A DNA stretch of 64,000 nucleotides from an uncultured Chthonomonadaceae bacterium (GTDB lineage Bacteria > Armatimonadota > Chthonomonadetes > Chthonomonadales > Chthonomonadaceae), in NCBI GenBank assembly GCA_963835065.1, contig CAWIEK010000001.1, forward strand, positions 32,001 to 96,000, in the 5' to 3' direction. Positions 10,957 through 20,434 of the stretch are shown piece after piece. Under the pieces are notes generated by a model. That model worked only from the letters and a program-made list of their open reading frames with translations. It ran no database searches and was not told where the DNA came from. Numbering within the stretch: position 1 is the stretch's first letter; the number at the start of each line of letters is the position of its first letter. The translations under genes were made by a program, and so were the position numbers.

Positions 10957-11565
10957 TCAAGCTCTCCTTCGTTGGTGCGCGTAGTCGTACAGCGACGTGT
11001 GCAGTGTTTTGCGGGCGCGGGATAAGCGCGAACGGACGGTTCCAATCGGAATCTTAAGTTCGCGGGCGGCTTCGGCGTAATCCATGTCCTGAACATCCAC
11101 CAGAATCACGCACAAGCGCAATTCTTCCGACAGCGCGGCAAGGGCGCGTTCCAATGGTTCGTCCAGGATATGCGCCATCAGCGCGTCTGCGGGGCGGTCC
11201 GCCGGTTCGGCGCGCAGATTTTCGGGACTGGCATCGCCCTGCGCGGTCAGCGCTTCCACATCTATGCCCGCGTCCCATTTCTGCTTATGGCGGTATTCGT
11301 TGATGTATACGTTGGTCAGGATACGCAGCAGCCAGGCGCGCAGGTTGGTTCCTTCCGTAAACTTCCCTGCCAGAAACGCCTCATATCCGCGTACCAGGGC
11401 TTCCTGAACCAAATCCTGCGCGTAATCCTCGTTGCGCCCGCATAAGCGGTACGCCCCGCGCAGCAGCGCCGTTTCCTGTTGGCGTATCAGGCGCGTGTAG
11501 GTAGCGCGCCGTTCCGCAGTCACATCCCCGGAGGGTGCGGCGGCAGGAAAATTCGTTTTCGTCAT
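10957..11565 (-). CDS. ECF sigma factor (SigH/SigR-like)
   Basis: AQDLVQE, GTNLRAWLLRILTN, YAEAARELKIPIGTVRSRLSRAR. Confidence 0.92.
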   Translation of the reverse strand: MTKTNFPAAAPSGDVTAERRATYTRLIRQQETALLRGAYRLCGRNEDYAQDLVQEALVRGYEAFLAGKFTEGTNLRAWLLRILTNVYINEYRHKQKWDAGIDVEALTAQGDASPENLRAEPADRPADALMAHILDEPLERALAALSEELRLCVILVDVQDMDYAEAARELKIPIGTVRSRLSRARKTLHTSLYDYAHQRRRA

Positions 11566-11829
11566 CTCGCCTGCTTCCTGTGCGCGCCTATCTTTCTAAC
11601 AATCCAGGAGGCGCAGAAGTTCGATTGGGTGTTGTAACCTTCAAAATAGCGAATTCAATAACTGAGCATAATACCTGCTGTTCGCGCAGGACGCGCCGTT
11701 TTCCTTCTATACCGCAAACATATCAGGCTGACAAACGTTTTGAAGTGTAGCAATGTGTTGTCTGACGCTACAGCCAAAACACGTTTTACGAAACATCACC
11801 TTCTCTCGAAACGCGCGAACAAGCAAAAG

Positions 11830-12320
11830 ATGCCGGATATTTTCACTGTAGACAACTTTATTACCCTCTATGAAGGCGACAACCGCCGAATACGGTTTGC
11901 CTGGAACGGCAAACATGCTGACGATTTTGAAGACGCCAACGCAACATTCCGCGCTGCCATTCTTGCGCGTCTGTTGACAAATCCTGAACTTGCACCCCTG
12001 TCGCTTATTCGGGACGTGTTTGTTGCGGAAACGGCCTGGGCCGGGGAGTCGTGGCGCGTAAATAAACACCTGCACAATCTGGCTAATTTGCTGTTGACAA
12101 GGGGGCGCGGGGCTGTTCTGGATGATTTTCTTTTAGGCCGCGCCACCAGTTTTGATACGTACTGTGCCTGTACAAGAATTAACATCGAATCCAGGCTGCA
12201 GTGGAATTGCGGAACGAGATTGAACAACGCCTGAACGTGGAAACAGATCCGCAAATCCGCGCAATTTTTCAGGATGGTTACAAACTGTTTACAGACTATC
12301 TTGCCCGTCAAAAACCTTGA
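11830..12320 (+). CDS. Hypothetical protein (frameshift near 12190)
   Basis: ORF from ATG 11830 continues in another frame as AVELRNEIEQRLNVETDPQIRAIFQDGYKLFTDYLARQKP*. Confidence 0.5.
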
Positions 12321-12453
12321 CATCGCCCTTCAATCGCAAACCTTCTGCCGTAACAAACGTATAATTTTGCAGTGATATGCAGCCATTCCACAAGGCAAGT
12401 TGATTTTGTGAACAGAGGCTTTTCGTTTTAGGCAGTGAACAAGGAAGCAAGGC

Positions 12454-13218
12454 ATGGCAGAGGCAGAACAGGCGATTAACACCGAACAATCAAGCGCGGA
12501 AGAGCGGGCATTGGAGCAGCGCCTGACGGAACTGCAAATCAATCCACAGCAGGCCAACGAATTGCAGATGCTGGATACGGCGCAAGAAGAAGCCACAGGT
12601 GAAAACGCGGCAGAGGGAGAAAGCGGGCGCGGGCATCACCATGACACGCGCAGCCTGCTGCACATTGATACCATTTACATGGAACCGCAGGTCGAGGAGT
12701 ATGCGCGGGGCCGGGAAATTCTGGCAAAGTTCCCCCACGCCAGGCGCATTGAAATCGCGTCCCACTGGAAAATACCCGAACTGCACGGCAACGCCGAACT
12801 GGTGCAGGATTGGGTCAGGGTGAAACGCGGCGTACTGGTGCTGGGCGTGAAGAAGTCGCTGTCGGCTATGCCCTATGAGCGCAGTTGTGATTTTGTCGCG
12901 CCGTCTCATGCCAATGGCTGTTCAATGGCCTGCGCGTACTGCGTCGCGCCGGGAACGCTGATTTCAACGCCGCAAGGCCAAGTACCCGTTGAACAAATTC
13001 GGGAGGGCAGCGCCGTACTTGCTTTTGATAGTTCTGCGGGACGGCTGGTAACGGGGTTTGTTTCGGGAACGGCTTGCAGGGAAGTGGAGGAAGCGCTTGA
13101 AATCGAGGTGGACGGCACAACGCTGCGCGTGACGGCAGAGCATCCTATCTGGACGCGCCGGGGGTGGGTAAAAGCCGGCGAACTGACAGAAGACGATGAA
13201 GTTCTCTGTTTTTCATGA
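12454..13218 (+). CDS. Spore photoproduct lyase-family radical SAM protein, N-terminal half, fused to intein N-fragment
   Basis: SHWKIPELHGN..DW.RVKR.VLVLGVKK..DFVAPSHANGCSMACAY matches SplB-like proteins up to the CxxxCxxC motif, then Hint-domain sequence and stop. Confidence 0.85.
   Translation: MAEAEQAINTEQSSAEERALEQRLTELQINPQQANELQMLDTAQEEATGENAAEGESGRGHHHDTRSLLHIDTIYMEPQVEEYARGREILAKFPHARRIEIASHWKIPELHGNAELVQDWVRVKRGVLVLGVKKSLSAMPYERSCDFVAPSHANGCSMACAYCVAPGTLISTPQGQVPVEQIREGSAVLAFDSSAGRLVTGFVSGTACREVEEALEIEVDGTTLRVTAEHPIWTRRGWVKAGELTEDDEVLCFS
12940..13218 (+). other. Intein N-terminal splicing domain (blocks A and B only, 92 aa)
   Basis: Block A CVAPGTLISTPQG, block B LRVTAEHPIW (TxxH), GWVKAGEL..DEV; no block F/G (HN) before the stop. 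Confidence 0.88.
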
Positions 13219-13325
13219 TTCCATGATTGAGGAGATACGTCCCTCATGGTAATCATCGTAATCACATAAATCATGGTTCAGACAAAGGAGGGTCAGGCTT
13301 ATACTGCCGCTTCATGCGAGGATGA

Positions 13326-14057
13326 TTACTTGGATGGCTTGGGGTGAAAACTCGCGTCGGGCGTGTTGCCGTCGGCGTCCTTGCCTAATTCGGTCAGGCG
13401 ATTGGTGACGCCGACCACCATTTCGGCAAGGGCGCGGCTCATTTCCCCGCCTGACAACAGCTTGTCGTCGGCGGCCAGCAGGGGCGATTTGGGCAACACC
13501 ATATTCTTGTCAACAAGGTACGTCAGCGCGGCATACGCAGGGTGCGTTTTAGGCAGCGTGATTTTGGGCTTGGGCGGGAACACTTCAGACTTCGCTAAAT
13601 CTTTGGCGTCCGGGGTGGGGCGGGACAGCCCGGCGGACACGTAATCGCCCATGCTTGCCAGCACCTTCGCCAGTTCGTAGCGCGTCACGCGCTGCGTTCG
13701 CCAATCCCCATGCTCCAGCGGCTTCAACACCGTGTCGGCAACGGGACGCGACGGCTGCGCCTTCCACGTTCCCGCTTCCAGCATCTGCGCCAGTTTCGCA
13801 AGCGCGATTACAGCCTGCCCATGCGTCACCTTTGCCTCGCCATGAAACTCTTTCCCGTCCGGCAACGCCATCACGCCGTTGTCCAAGACTTCCTGTACAG
13901 ACGGCGCGGCCCAGTGGTCGGGGCGAACGTCAGGAGGTAATGATGAGTGATGAATGATGAGTAATGAATGATGAACACTCAGGCTATGACAAGGCGAAAT
14001 AAGGCAGAACAATGCCAGCAGCAGGTAAATTTTCAAAGCAGGGTTTGTACTCATCAT
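13326..14057 (-). CDS. S-layer homology (SLH) domain protein
   Basis: PDVRPDHWAAPSVQEVLDNGVM, TRYELA, HPAYAALTYLV SLH-like motifs; signal peptide. Confidence 0.8.
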   Translation of the reverse strand: MMSTNPALKIYLLLALFCLISPCHSLSVHHSLLIIHHSSLPPDVRPDHWAAPSVQEVLDNGVMALPDGKEFHGEAKVTHGQAVIALAKLAQMLEAGTWKAQPSRPVADTVLKPLEHGDWRTQRVTRYELAKVLASMGDYVSAGLSRPTPDAKDLAKSEVFPPKPKITLPKTHPAYAALTYLVDKNMVLPKSPLLAADDKLLSGGEMSRALAEMVVGVTNRLTELGKDADGNTPDASFHPKPSK

Positions 14058-14079
14058 TCATCACTCATCATTCATCATT
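13939..14079. repeat. Inverted pair of heptamer arrays (ATGATGA)n ... (TCATCAT)n; left arm inside the SLH CDS
   Basis: 13939-13975 aatgatgagtgatgaatgatgagtaatgaatgatgaa; 14052-14079 tcatcattcatcactcatcattcatcat. Confidence 0.85.
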
Positions 14080-14080
14080 T

Positions 14081-15091
14081 TCAGTAGTCGCTTTCACTAA
14101 TCGCCCGCCACTCTTCCAATGCCCGGCCCGTGCCGATGGCGACGCAGGAAAGCGGGTCTTCCGCGACATGGACTTCGATGCCTGTCGCCGCATAAAGCAG
14201 GCGATCCAGGCCACGCAGCAAGGCGCCGCCGCCCGTCAGGACAATGCCTCGCTCGATCACGTCGGCGGACAATTCCGGCGGGGTCTGCTCCAGGACGCGC
14301 TTTACTTTTTCCACAATCGCCAATACAGGTTCGGACAGGGCTTCGCGGATTTCCACGGACGTGACTTCTACCGTTTTCGGCAAACCCGCAACAAGGTCGC
14401 GCCCGCGCACTTGCAGGCTTAATTCCTGCTCTAAGGGATACGCCGAACCGACTTTGGTTTTGATTTCTTCGGCGGTGCGGTCGCCGATCATCAGGCTGTA
14501 CACGGATTTGACGTGCCGAATAATCACTTCGTCCATGCGGTTGCCGGCCACGCGCAGGCTTTCGCTGGTCACAATGCCATCCAAAGAAATCACGGCTATA
14601 TCCGTCGTGCCACCGCCGATGTCCACCACCATGTTGCCGCCCGGCATGGAAATCGGCAGGCCCGCGCCGATTGCCGCCGCCATCGGCTCTTCAATGGTGC
14701 GGGCTTCGCGCGCTCCCGCTTCTTTCGCCGCCTGAATTACGGCCCGCCGCTCCACGCTTGTCACCTGAGAGGGTACGCACACCAGAACGCGCGGCTTGAA
14801 ACGCACGATCTGCCGCTTGCCCACCACTTTGTTGAACAGGTACTCCAGCATTTTCTTGGTGGTGGTGTAATCGGCAATCACGCCGTCGCTCATGGGACGA
14901 ATCGCAACGATGTTGCCCGGCGTACGTCCGAGCATCAGGCGGGCCTCTTCGCCCACCGCCAGTACCCTTTTGCTTTGCGCCGCGATGGCGACAACGGAAG
15001 GTTCCCGCAGGACAATGCCTTTGCCGCGCACATAGACAAGGATGTTCGCCGTGCCTAAATCCACGCCCAATTCCGGGACGAGGCTGAACAC
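14081..15091 (-). CDS. mreB: Rod shape-determining protein MreB/Mbl
   Basis: [45 protein letters not shown] start overlaps murA TAG. Confidence 0.95.
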   Translation of the reverse strand: MFSLVPELGVDLGTANILVYVRGKGIVLREPSVVAIAAQSKRVLAVGEEARLMLGRTPGNIVAIRPMSDGVIADYTTTKKMLEYLFNKVVGKRQIVRFKPRVLVCVPSQVTSVERRAVIQAAKEAGAREARTIEEPMAAAIGAGLPISMPGGNMVVDIGGGTTDIAVISLDGIVTSESLRVAGNRMDEVIIRHVKSVYSLMIGDRTAEEIKTKVGSAYPLEQELSLQVRGRDLVAGLPKTVEVTSVEIREALSEPVLAIVEKVKRVLEQTPPELSADVIERGIVLTGGGALLRGLDRLLYAATGIEVHVAEDPLSCVAIGTGRALEEWRAISESDY

Positions 15092-16368
15092 TACTGAACT
15101 CCTTCCGGCTGCGCGTCGGTTGTCCGCCATACCTGCGCGCCGAGCGCCTGCAGGTTCGGCACGATGTTTTCGTAACCCCGATCCAGGTGGTGCAGATTGG
15201 TGACAGTGGTTTCGCCGTGCGCCGCCAATCCGGCAACGACGACGGCTGCGCCCGCCCGCAGGTCCAGGCACTTCACGGGAGCGCCCATTAAGCGCTCCAC
15301 GCCATAAATCACGGCTGTCTGTCCCTCAACGCGAATGTCCGCGCCCATGCGCTCCAACTCCGTCGTATAGCGGAAACGGCTTTCGTAGACCGTTTCGCTG
15401 ACAATGGAAACGCCGTCCGCCAGACTGAGCATCGCGGTAAACGGCTGCTGCATGTCCGTTGGGAAGCCGGGATGCGGCATGGTCTTAATGTCCGTCGGGT
15501 AGATTTTACCCATGCGGCGTATGCGCAGGCCATCCGGTTCCTTCGTCACTTCCACGCCGATTTCCGTCAGCTTGCTGATGACGGGACGCAGATGCTCGGC
15601 AACGGCCTGCTTGACAACCACATCGCCCCCGGTGATGGCGGCGGCAATGGCATACGTGCCGGCTTGCAGGCGGTCCGGCAGGATGCTGAACTCGCAGCCG
15701 TGCAGTTCCTCCACGCCGTCAATCACAATCGTGGGCGTTCCCATGCCGGTAATCTGCGCGCCACAGGCGTTGAGGAACTCGGCCATGTGAACCACTTCCG
15801 GTTCTGCGGCGCAGTTTTCAATCACGGTGCGGCCCCGCGCCCGGCTGGCCGCGATCATCAGATGCTGCGTGCTGCCCGCGCTTGGAAATTCCAGATAGAT
15901 GTTGGCTCCATGCAGGCGCTTCACTTTGCCGTGATAGATGCCGTGTTCCAGATGCAGTTTTGCGCCCAGTTGTTCCAGCCCCTTGACGTGGAAGTTGACC
16001 GGGCGCGTCCCGATGTCGCACCCGCCCGGCATGGCAACCGCCGCTTCGCCAAAACGCGCCAGCAAAGCGCCAAGCACGTTGAAACTGGCGCGCATCTGGC
16101 GCACAAGGTCATGGGGCGTTGTCGTCGTGGTCAAATTCCCCGCGTCTACTTCCAGCGTGTCTTCGCTTAGCCACGTCGTTGTCGCGCCCATGCGCCGGCA
16201 AATCTCCGTAAGCGTATCAATGTCGCTGATACGCGGGACATTGCGCAGCACGGTTTTGCCGGGGACAAGGAGGGTTCCGGCGAGAATGGCGACCGCATCG
16301 TTTTTGCTGCCGCCGACCCGGACAGTGCCGGTCAATGGTGTGCCGCCGAGTATGGAAATCGTGTCCAA
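15091..16368 (-). CDS. murA: UDP-N-acetylglucosamine 1-carboxyvinyltransferase
   Basis: [39 protein letters not shown] start at 16368 after AGAGAGG. Confidence 0.95.
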   Translation of the reverse strand: MDTISILGGTPLTGTVRVGGSKNDAVAILAGTLLVPGKTVLRNVPRISDIDTLTEICRRMGATTTWLSEDTLEVDAGNLTTTTTPHDLVRQMRASFNVLGALLARFGEAAVAMPGGCDIGTRPVNFHVKGLEQLGAKLHLEHGIYHGKVKRLHGANIYLEFPSAGSTQHLMIAASRARGRTVIENCAAEPEVVHMAEFLNACGAQITGMGTPTIVIDGVEELHGCEFSILPDRLQAGTYAIAAAITGGDVVVKQAVAEHLRPVISKLTEIGVEVTKEPDGLRIRRMGKIYPTDIKTMPHPGFPTDMQQPFTAMLSLADGVSIVSETVYESRFRYTTELERMGADIRVEGQTAVIYGVERLMGAPVKCLDLRAGAAVVVAGLAAHGETTVTNLHHLDRGYENIVPNLQALGAQVWRTTDAQPEGVQ

Positions 16369-16461
16369 ATGAAAGTGCCTCTCTGCTCCGGTTCGCTGCT
16401 CGATAATGGGGGGAGTTGCAGATAGTCCCAGACGCCCGCAGGATTGCCGCCAACTCAATTC

Positions 16462-16541
16462 GGTGTTCAGGTGTTCGGGTATTCAGGTGTTCGGGTATAC
16501 AGGCGTTGGCTTCTGTCTTCTGCCTTGTGTCTTCTACCTTC
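16462..16541. repeat. Octamer repeat (GGTGTTCR)n followed by degenerate (TTCTGCC)n heptamers
   Basis: ggtgttcaggtgttcgggtattcaggtgttcgggtata then ttctgtcttctgccttgtgtcttctacctt. Confidence 0.75.
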
Positions 16542-16668
16542 CGGTATTCTCAGGCTGAGGGTAAGACTCTTGACTTCAGAAGAAACTCGTAAGGCATATT
16601 TTGTCAAATACCACTTAGAGTATACAGATTTATAGGAAGACTGTCAATTGGGCGGGGAAAAAACGTTC

Positions 16669-16799
16669 AAGGCATCAGGCATTAGGCAGTAGGCATTAGG
16701 TATACTTGTGGCGTCAGGCAGTAGTAGGAGCGCATACGAGCATCAGATATAAGGAGCCTCTCGTAGCCTAATGCCTAACGCCTAATGCCTAATGCCTTG
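16669..16799. repeat. Inverted pair of heptamer arrays (AGGCATT)n ... (AATGCCT)n
   Basis: aggcatcaggcattaggcagtaggcattagg and cctaatgcctaacgcctaatgcctaatgcctt flank a ~65 bp spacer just upstream of uppP. Confidence 0.9.
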
Positions 16800-16815
16800 A
16801 GGAGAACCACCCGTT

Positions 16816-17742
16816 ATGAGTTGGCTGCAAGCGATATTACTGGGATTGTTACAGGGATTGACGGAGTTTTTGCCGGTCAGCAGTACGGCGCACATGGACG
16901 TAATACCGCAGTTGTTCGGAGGAAGCGATCCCGGCGCGGCGTTTTCCGCTGTGTGCCAGTTGGGGCCGATTGTCGCCATCATCGCGTACTTCCGCAAGGA
17001 TTTGGTACGCTATGTGCAGGGAATTTTGCGCAATCCCAACCCGATGAAACTGCCTCCCGACGATGTGGACGCGCGGCTTGGCTGGTACACGCTCATTGGC
17101 AGCCTGCCTATTTTCATCGCGGGCGTCCTGCTGGAAAAATACATTGACCATCACTTCCGGCGTCTGGACGTGGTTGCCACCGCGTTAATCGTTCTGGCGC
17201 TGGTTTTGCTGGTGGCGGAGCGCGTGGGGCGGAAGAAAGTATCGCTCAAAGGCATTTCGCTGGAGCAAAGCATCGCTATTGGGCTGGCGCAAGTATTGGG
17301 ACTGGTTCCGGGCGCGTCCCGTTCGGGTTCCACGATTACGGCGGGGTTGCTGCTCGGCCTGGACCGGGAAAGCGCGGCGCGGTTCAGCTTCCTGCTGTCG
17401 ATTCCGGCGATTACAGGCGCAGGGTTGTACAAACTGTTCAAGCTCGTCAAGGCGCACGAACTGCACGGCGACACCGCCAAATACCTGCTGGCCGCGTTTG
17501 TGGCGGGCGCGTTCGCGTATGCCGTCGTGCGCTGGTTCCTGGGCTACATGAAGGAACACAGCACGAACATTTTCATCGCGTACCGCATCGCCTTCGGCCT
17601 GCTGATTCTCATCTTGTTCCATTCCGGCAGGCTGCAGGAACATAAGGTGGAGGAACCGGCGGCAAAAAACCCGGCTACCGCCGCCCTGCATAGCCACGTT
17701 CTGCCGCGCGTTCTCCGCGCTCCGCAATTCGCGCAAAGGTGA
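16816..17742 (+). CDS. uppP: Undecaprenyl-diphosphate phosphatase
   Basis: QGLTEFLPVSSTAH, PGASRSGSTI, AARFSFLLSIP. Confidence 0.95.
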   Translation: MSWLQAILLGLLQGLTEFLPVSSTAHMDVIPQLFGGSDPGAAFSAVCQLGPIVAIIAYFRKDLVRYVQGILRNPNPMKLPPDDVDARLGWYTLIGSLPIFIAGVLLEKYIDHHFRRLDVVATALIVLALVLLVAERVGRKKVSLKGISLEQSIAIGLAQVLGLVPGASRSGSTITAGLLLGLDRESAARFSFLLSIPAITGAGLYKLFKLVKAHELHGDTAKYLLAAFVAGAFAYAVVRWFLGYMKEHSTNIFIAYRIAFGLLILILFHSGRLQEHKVEEPAAKNPATAALHSHVLPRVLRAPQFAQR

Positions 17743-18401
17743 ATGTGATTTTGATGAAAATAGAAGCCGGAAGCAAACTGGTGATGATTGGCGACAGCAT
17801 TACGGACGCGGGGCGGGCGCGTCCCGTTGGCGAAGGATTGGGCGAGACATTGGGCAAGGGCTATGTCAGCTATGTGGCCGCCCTGCTCGGAGCCGTGTAC
17901 CCGCAATCCAACATTCGCGTGGTCAACATGGGCAGCAGTGGCAACACCGTCCGCGATCTCAAAACGCGCTGGCAAACCGATGTGCTGGACTTAAAACCCG
18001 ATTGGCTGTCCCTGATGATCGGCATCAACGACGTGTGGCGGCAGTTCGACAGCCCGCAGCAGACGCACGGCCACGTTTACCCCGAAGAATACCGCAACAC
18101 GCTGGAAACGCTTGTGCGCGACACGCTGCCGACCCTCAAAGGTTTGGTGCTGATGACACCTTTCTACATCGAACCGAACGCGATGGACGCGATGCGGGCG
18201 CAGATGGATCGCTACGGAGCCATTGTTCACGATCTTGCCGTACAGCACAAGACGCTGTTCGTGGATACGCAGCAGGCGTTTGATGCCGCCCTGCAAACCT
18301 ACTATCCCGCCACGCTGGCCTGGGACCGGATACACCCCAACCACATCGGTCACATGATTCTCGCCCGCGCCTTTCTGCAGGCCGTAGACTTTGCGTGGTG
18401 A
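17739..18401 (+). CDS. SGNH/GDSL hydrolase
   Basis: GDSITD, G.SGN, IGINDVW, DRIHP. Confidence 0.92.
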   Translation: MNVILMKIEAGSKLVMIGDSITDAGRARPVGEGLGETLGKGYVSYVAALLGAVYPQSNIRVVNMGSSGNTVRDLKTRWQTDVLDLKPDWLSLMIGINDVWRQFDSPQQTHGHVYPEEYRNTLETLVRDTLPTLKGLVLMTPFYIEPNAMDAMRAQMDRYGAIVHDLAVQHKTLFVDTQQAFDAALQTYYPATLAWDRIHPNHIGHMILARAFLQAVDFAW

Positions 18402-18704
18402 TCGGTTTCAAGTTCCTTGTCGGCCTGCTGTTAATACACCCGCCGCGCCAGTGTATCTCCGGTGCGGCGGTTTTATGTTGCAGATACTCTTTTCGGGTAT
18501 GCTGTACTCGTTGAAACGACCTTATCAGGAAAATACGCTTTCCGAGGAGACCGTATTTCGTTGAGAAAACCTATGTTCAGGACGGTTATAGTCACTCTAC
18601 TGTACCCTTTTGAGGTACAATCCCTCTATACCAAAATACAGTAGAGAACTTTTCCTCTGCTGTTGATTTTAGAGCGTTCCAATACACTGCTTTGAGGTGG
18701 TAAT

Positions 18705-19218
18705 GTGGTTAGTGTAAATTCCGTTTTCATAGATATAGAAAACATCGAGATCGTCAGCGACGATGAAACTCTTGAGGAAACTTGGCAAGATGGACTCGAA
18801 GGCCAAGCACTCGATATTGTGAAGTCAGAGGTCATAGTGCGTGGGGCGGGCGAAGATGTGTATCCTGCGTCTTCTCGACAGCTTTGTCATTCGGAAGTGC
18901 GCCTGTTAACGCGTACGGCTGGTATCAACGATCTTCGGGAGCAAATCCGGCTTCAACAGGAGGAGCAGGAATACTACTTAGACGTGCATCCCGGTTTGTA
19001 TAACTGAAAATGTCTACATGGACGATCAGTTCTTAGCGCTAGGCTGCCTGTACGAAGCGGAGGTGCTCGTCGGTTATTTCGAGGAGTGTGAGGAACAGGA
19101 TGCGTCTGGCGGGTGGGAATGTCTCATCAACAAGGCTTGTCAGGAAACGCTCAAGCAGGCGGCCAAAAGCGGGCTAACGGGACCCTGCTGGTACGCCAGC
19201 GTGACTACAAAGAGGTGA
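18705..19218 (+). pseudogene. Fragmented acidic hypothetical ORFs
   Basis: Two short same-strand ORFs (18705-19007, 19018-19218) in a lower-GC stretch; no recognised motif. Confidence 0.3.
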
Positions 19219-19638
19219 AAGGTGTTTTTGAAGAACAATCGTGGAGGAACTGCGTAAGCCCATTGAAGGCGTGATCAGCGTCTTAACGGAAAAATGACAC
19301 TGAGCATCTGCTGCTGGAAGTGAATTGGTCTCTATGGCCGCAATCAGGCGAAGGCAAGCGCGTTTCGCTGGCGCGCTACTTCAATGACGTACGGGACTGT
19401 CTCCATGAACGTCAAGCGTATGTGTGTGAATACAGCAGAGAAACCATGTAGACAAACATGTACCTGAAAGAGAAATTAGGAAGCTATCCTATCGTCAGGA
19501 AGGGAACGCTGTCTGCGAACAATCAAGCCTGGAGCGCGTATAAAAAACATCCGCCAATGCACTGCGGCATGGATCGAAACCTCTTTCCTTCCGCCGCGCC
19601 TTTGCCTGATCCGATTGTTCGCAGAAAGGAAACCGAGC

Positions 19639-20373
19639 ATGAGAAACACAAATTTAGGATTGCCTGTTCTGACCGCGCTGATGCTGGCCGTCGCGGGATC
19701 AACGGCCTGGGCGCAGGACAATGGGCAAGCCCCTGCCGGAGCGCAGACGCCCGCCCCCGGCGCGCAGCGCCGACAGGCCGCGCCGCCTGTGCATATCTCC
19801 GACCTGACCGTTCCCGCTATGGATGCAACGCTGAAGTTGAGCGACGACCAGAAAACCAAAATTCAAGCGGTTCTGGACAAGCGCGCGGCGGATTATAAAA
19901 CGCTCGTGCTGCCGCCCGATCAGCAGGGAAGCGCGCCCGCTGTGCAGGAAGCCAACCGCAAGCGTCTCGACATGACCAACAAGGCCGATGCCGATGTGGA
20001 AGCCATTCTCACCGACGATCAGAAGAAAATGCTGCCGGACTTCAAGCGCAATGTGGGCGTGTACCAGCGCTCCGGCCTGCCGCTTGCCCTGATGGCCGAT
20101 TTGAAGCTGACCGACGACCAGAAGCAGAAGATCGCGGATCAGGCCATGCAAAACCAGCGTTCCATGCGCCAGAAAGCGCGCGCCGCGCAGCAGGCCGGCA
20201 CGGCAATGACCGGCGAACAGCGCCAGGCGATGCTGAAAGAAAACCGGGACAAGATTATGGCCCTGCTTACGCCCGAACAGCGCGCGCAGGTGGACAAGTA
20301 CGACAAGGAACACGCAGGCGCGGGCACGGCTCCCACAACAGGTGGCGCAGGCAACGGCACGAATAATCCATAA
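19639..20373 (+). CDS. Periplasmic Spy/CpxP-like (LTxxQ) helical protein
   Basis: Signal peptide AWA-QD; repeated LKLSDDQK, LTDDQK, LKLTDDQK, LTPEQR motifs. Confidence 0.75.
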   Translation: MRNTNLGLPVLTALMLAVAGSTAWAQDNGQAPAGAQTPAPGAQRRQAAPPVHISDLTVPAMDATLKLSDDQKTKIQAVLDKRAADYKTLVLPPDQQGSAPAVQEANRKRLDMTNKADADVEAILTDDQKKMLPDFKRNVGVYQRSGLPLALMADLKLTDDQKQKIADQAMQNQRSMRQKARAAQQAGTAMTGEQRQAMLKENRDKIMALLTPEQRAQVDKYDKEHAGAGTAPTTGGAGNGTNNP

Positions 20374-20434
20374 GCGCTCAACCTGCTTCGACAGGAGAAG
20401 ACCTGCCAACGTGGTATCGCCAGCCAGGTGAAGT

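Noticed and set aside
13219..13325. Intein C-half hidden by a frameshift
   Set aside because: Alternative frames stop within about 15 codons, contain no HN-C motif, and leave no room for the radical SAM core.
18600..19450. Polymorphic-toxin immunity gene remnant
   Set aside because: Acidic fragmented ORFs but no motif I can assign; left as a low-confidence remnant.
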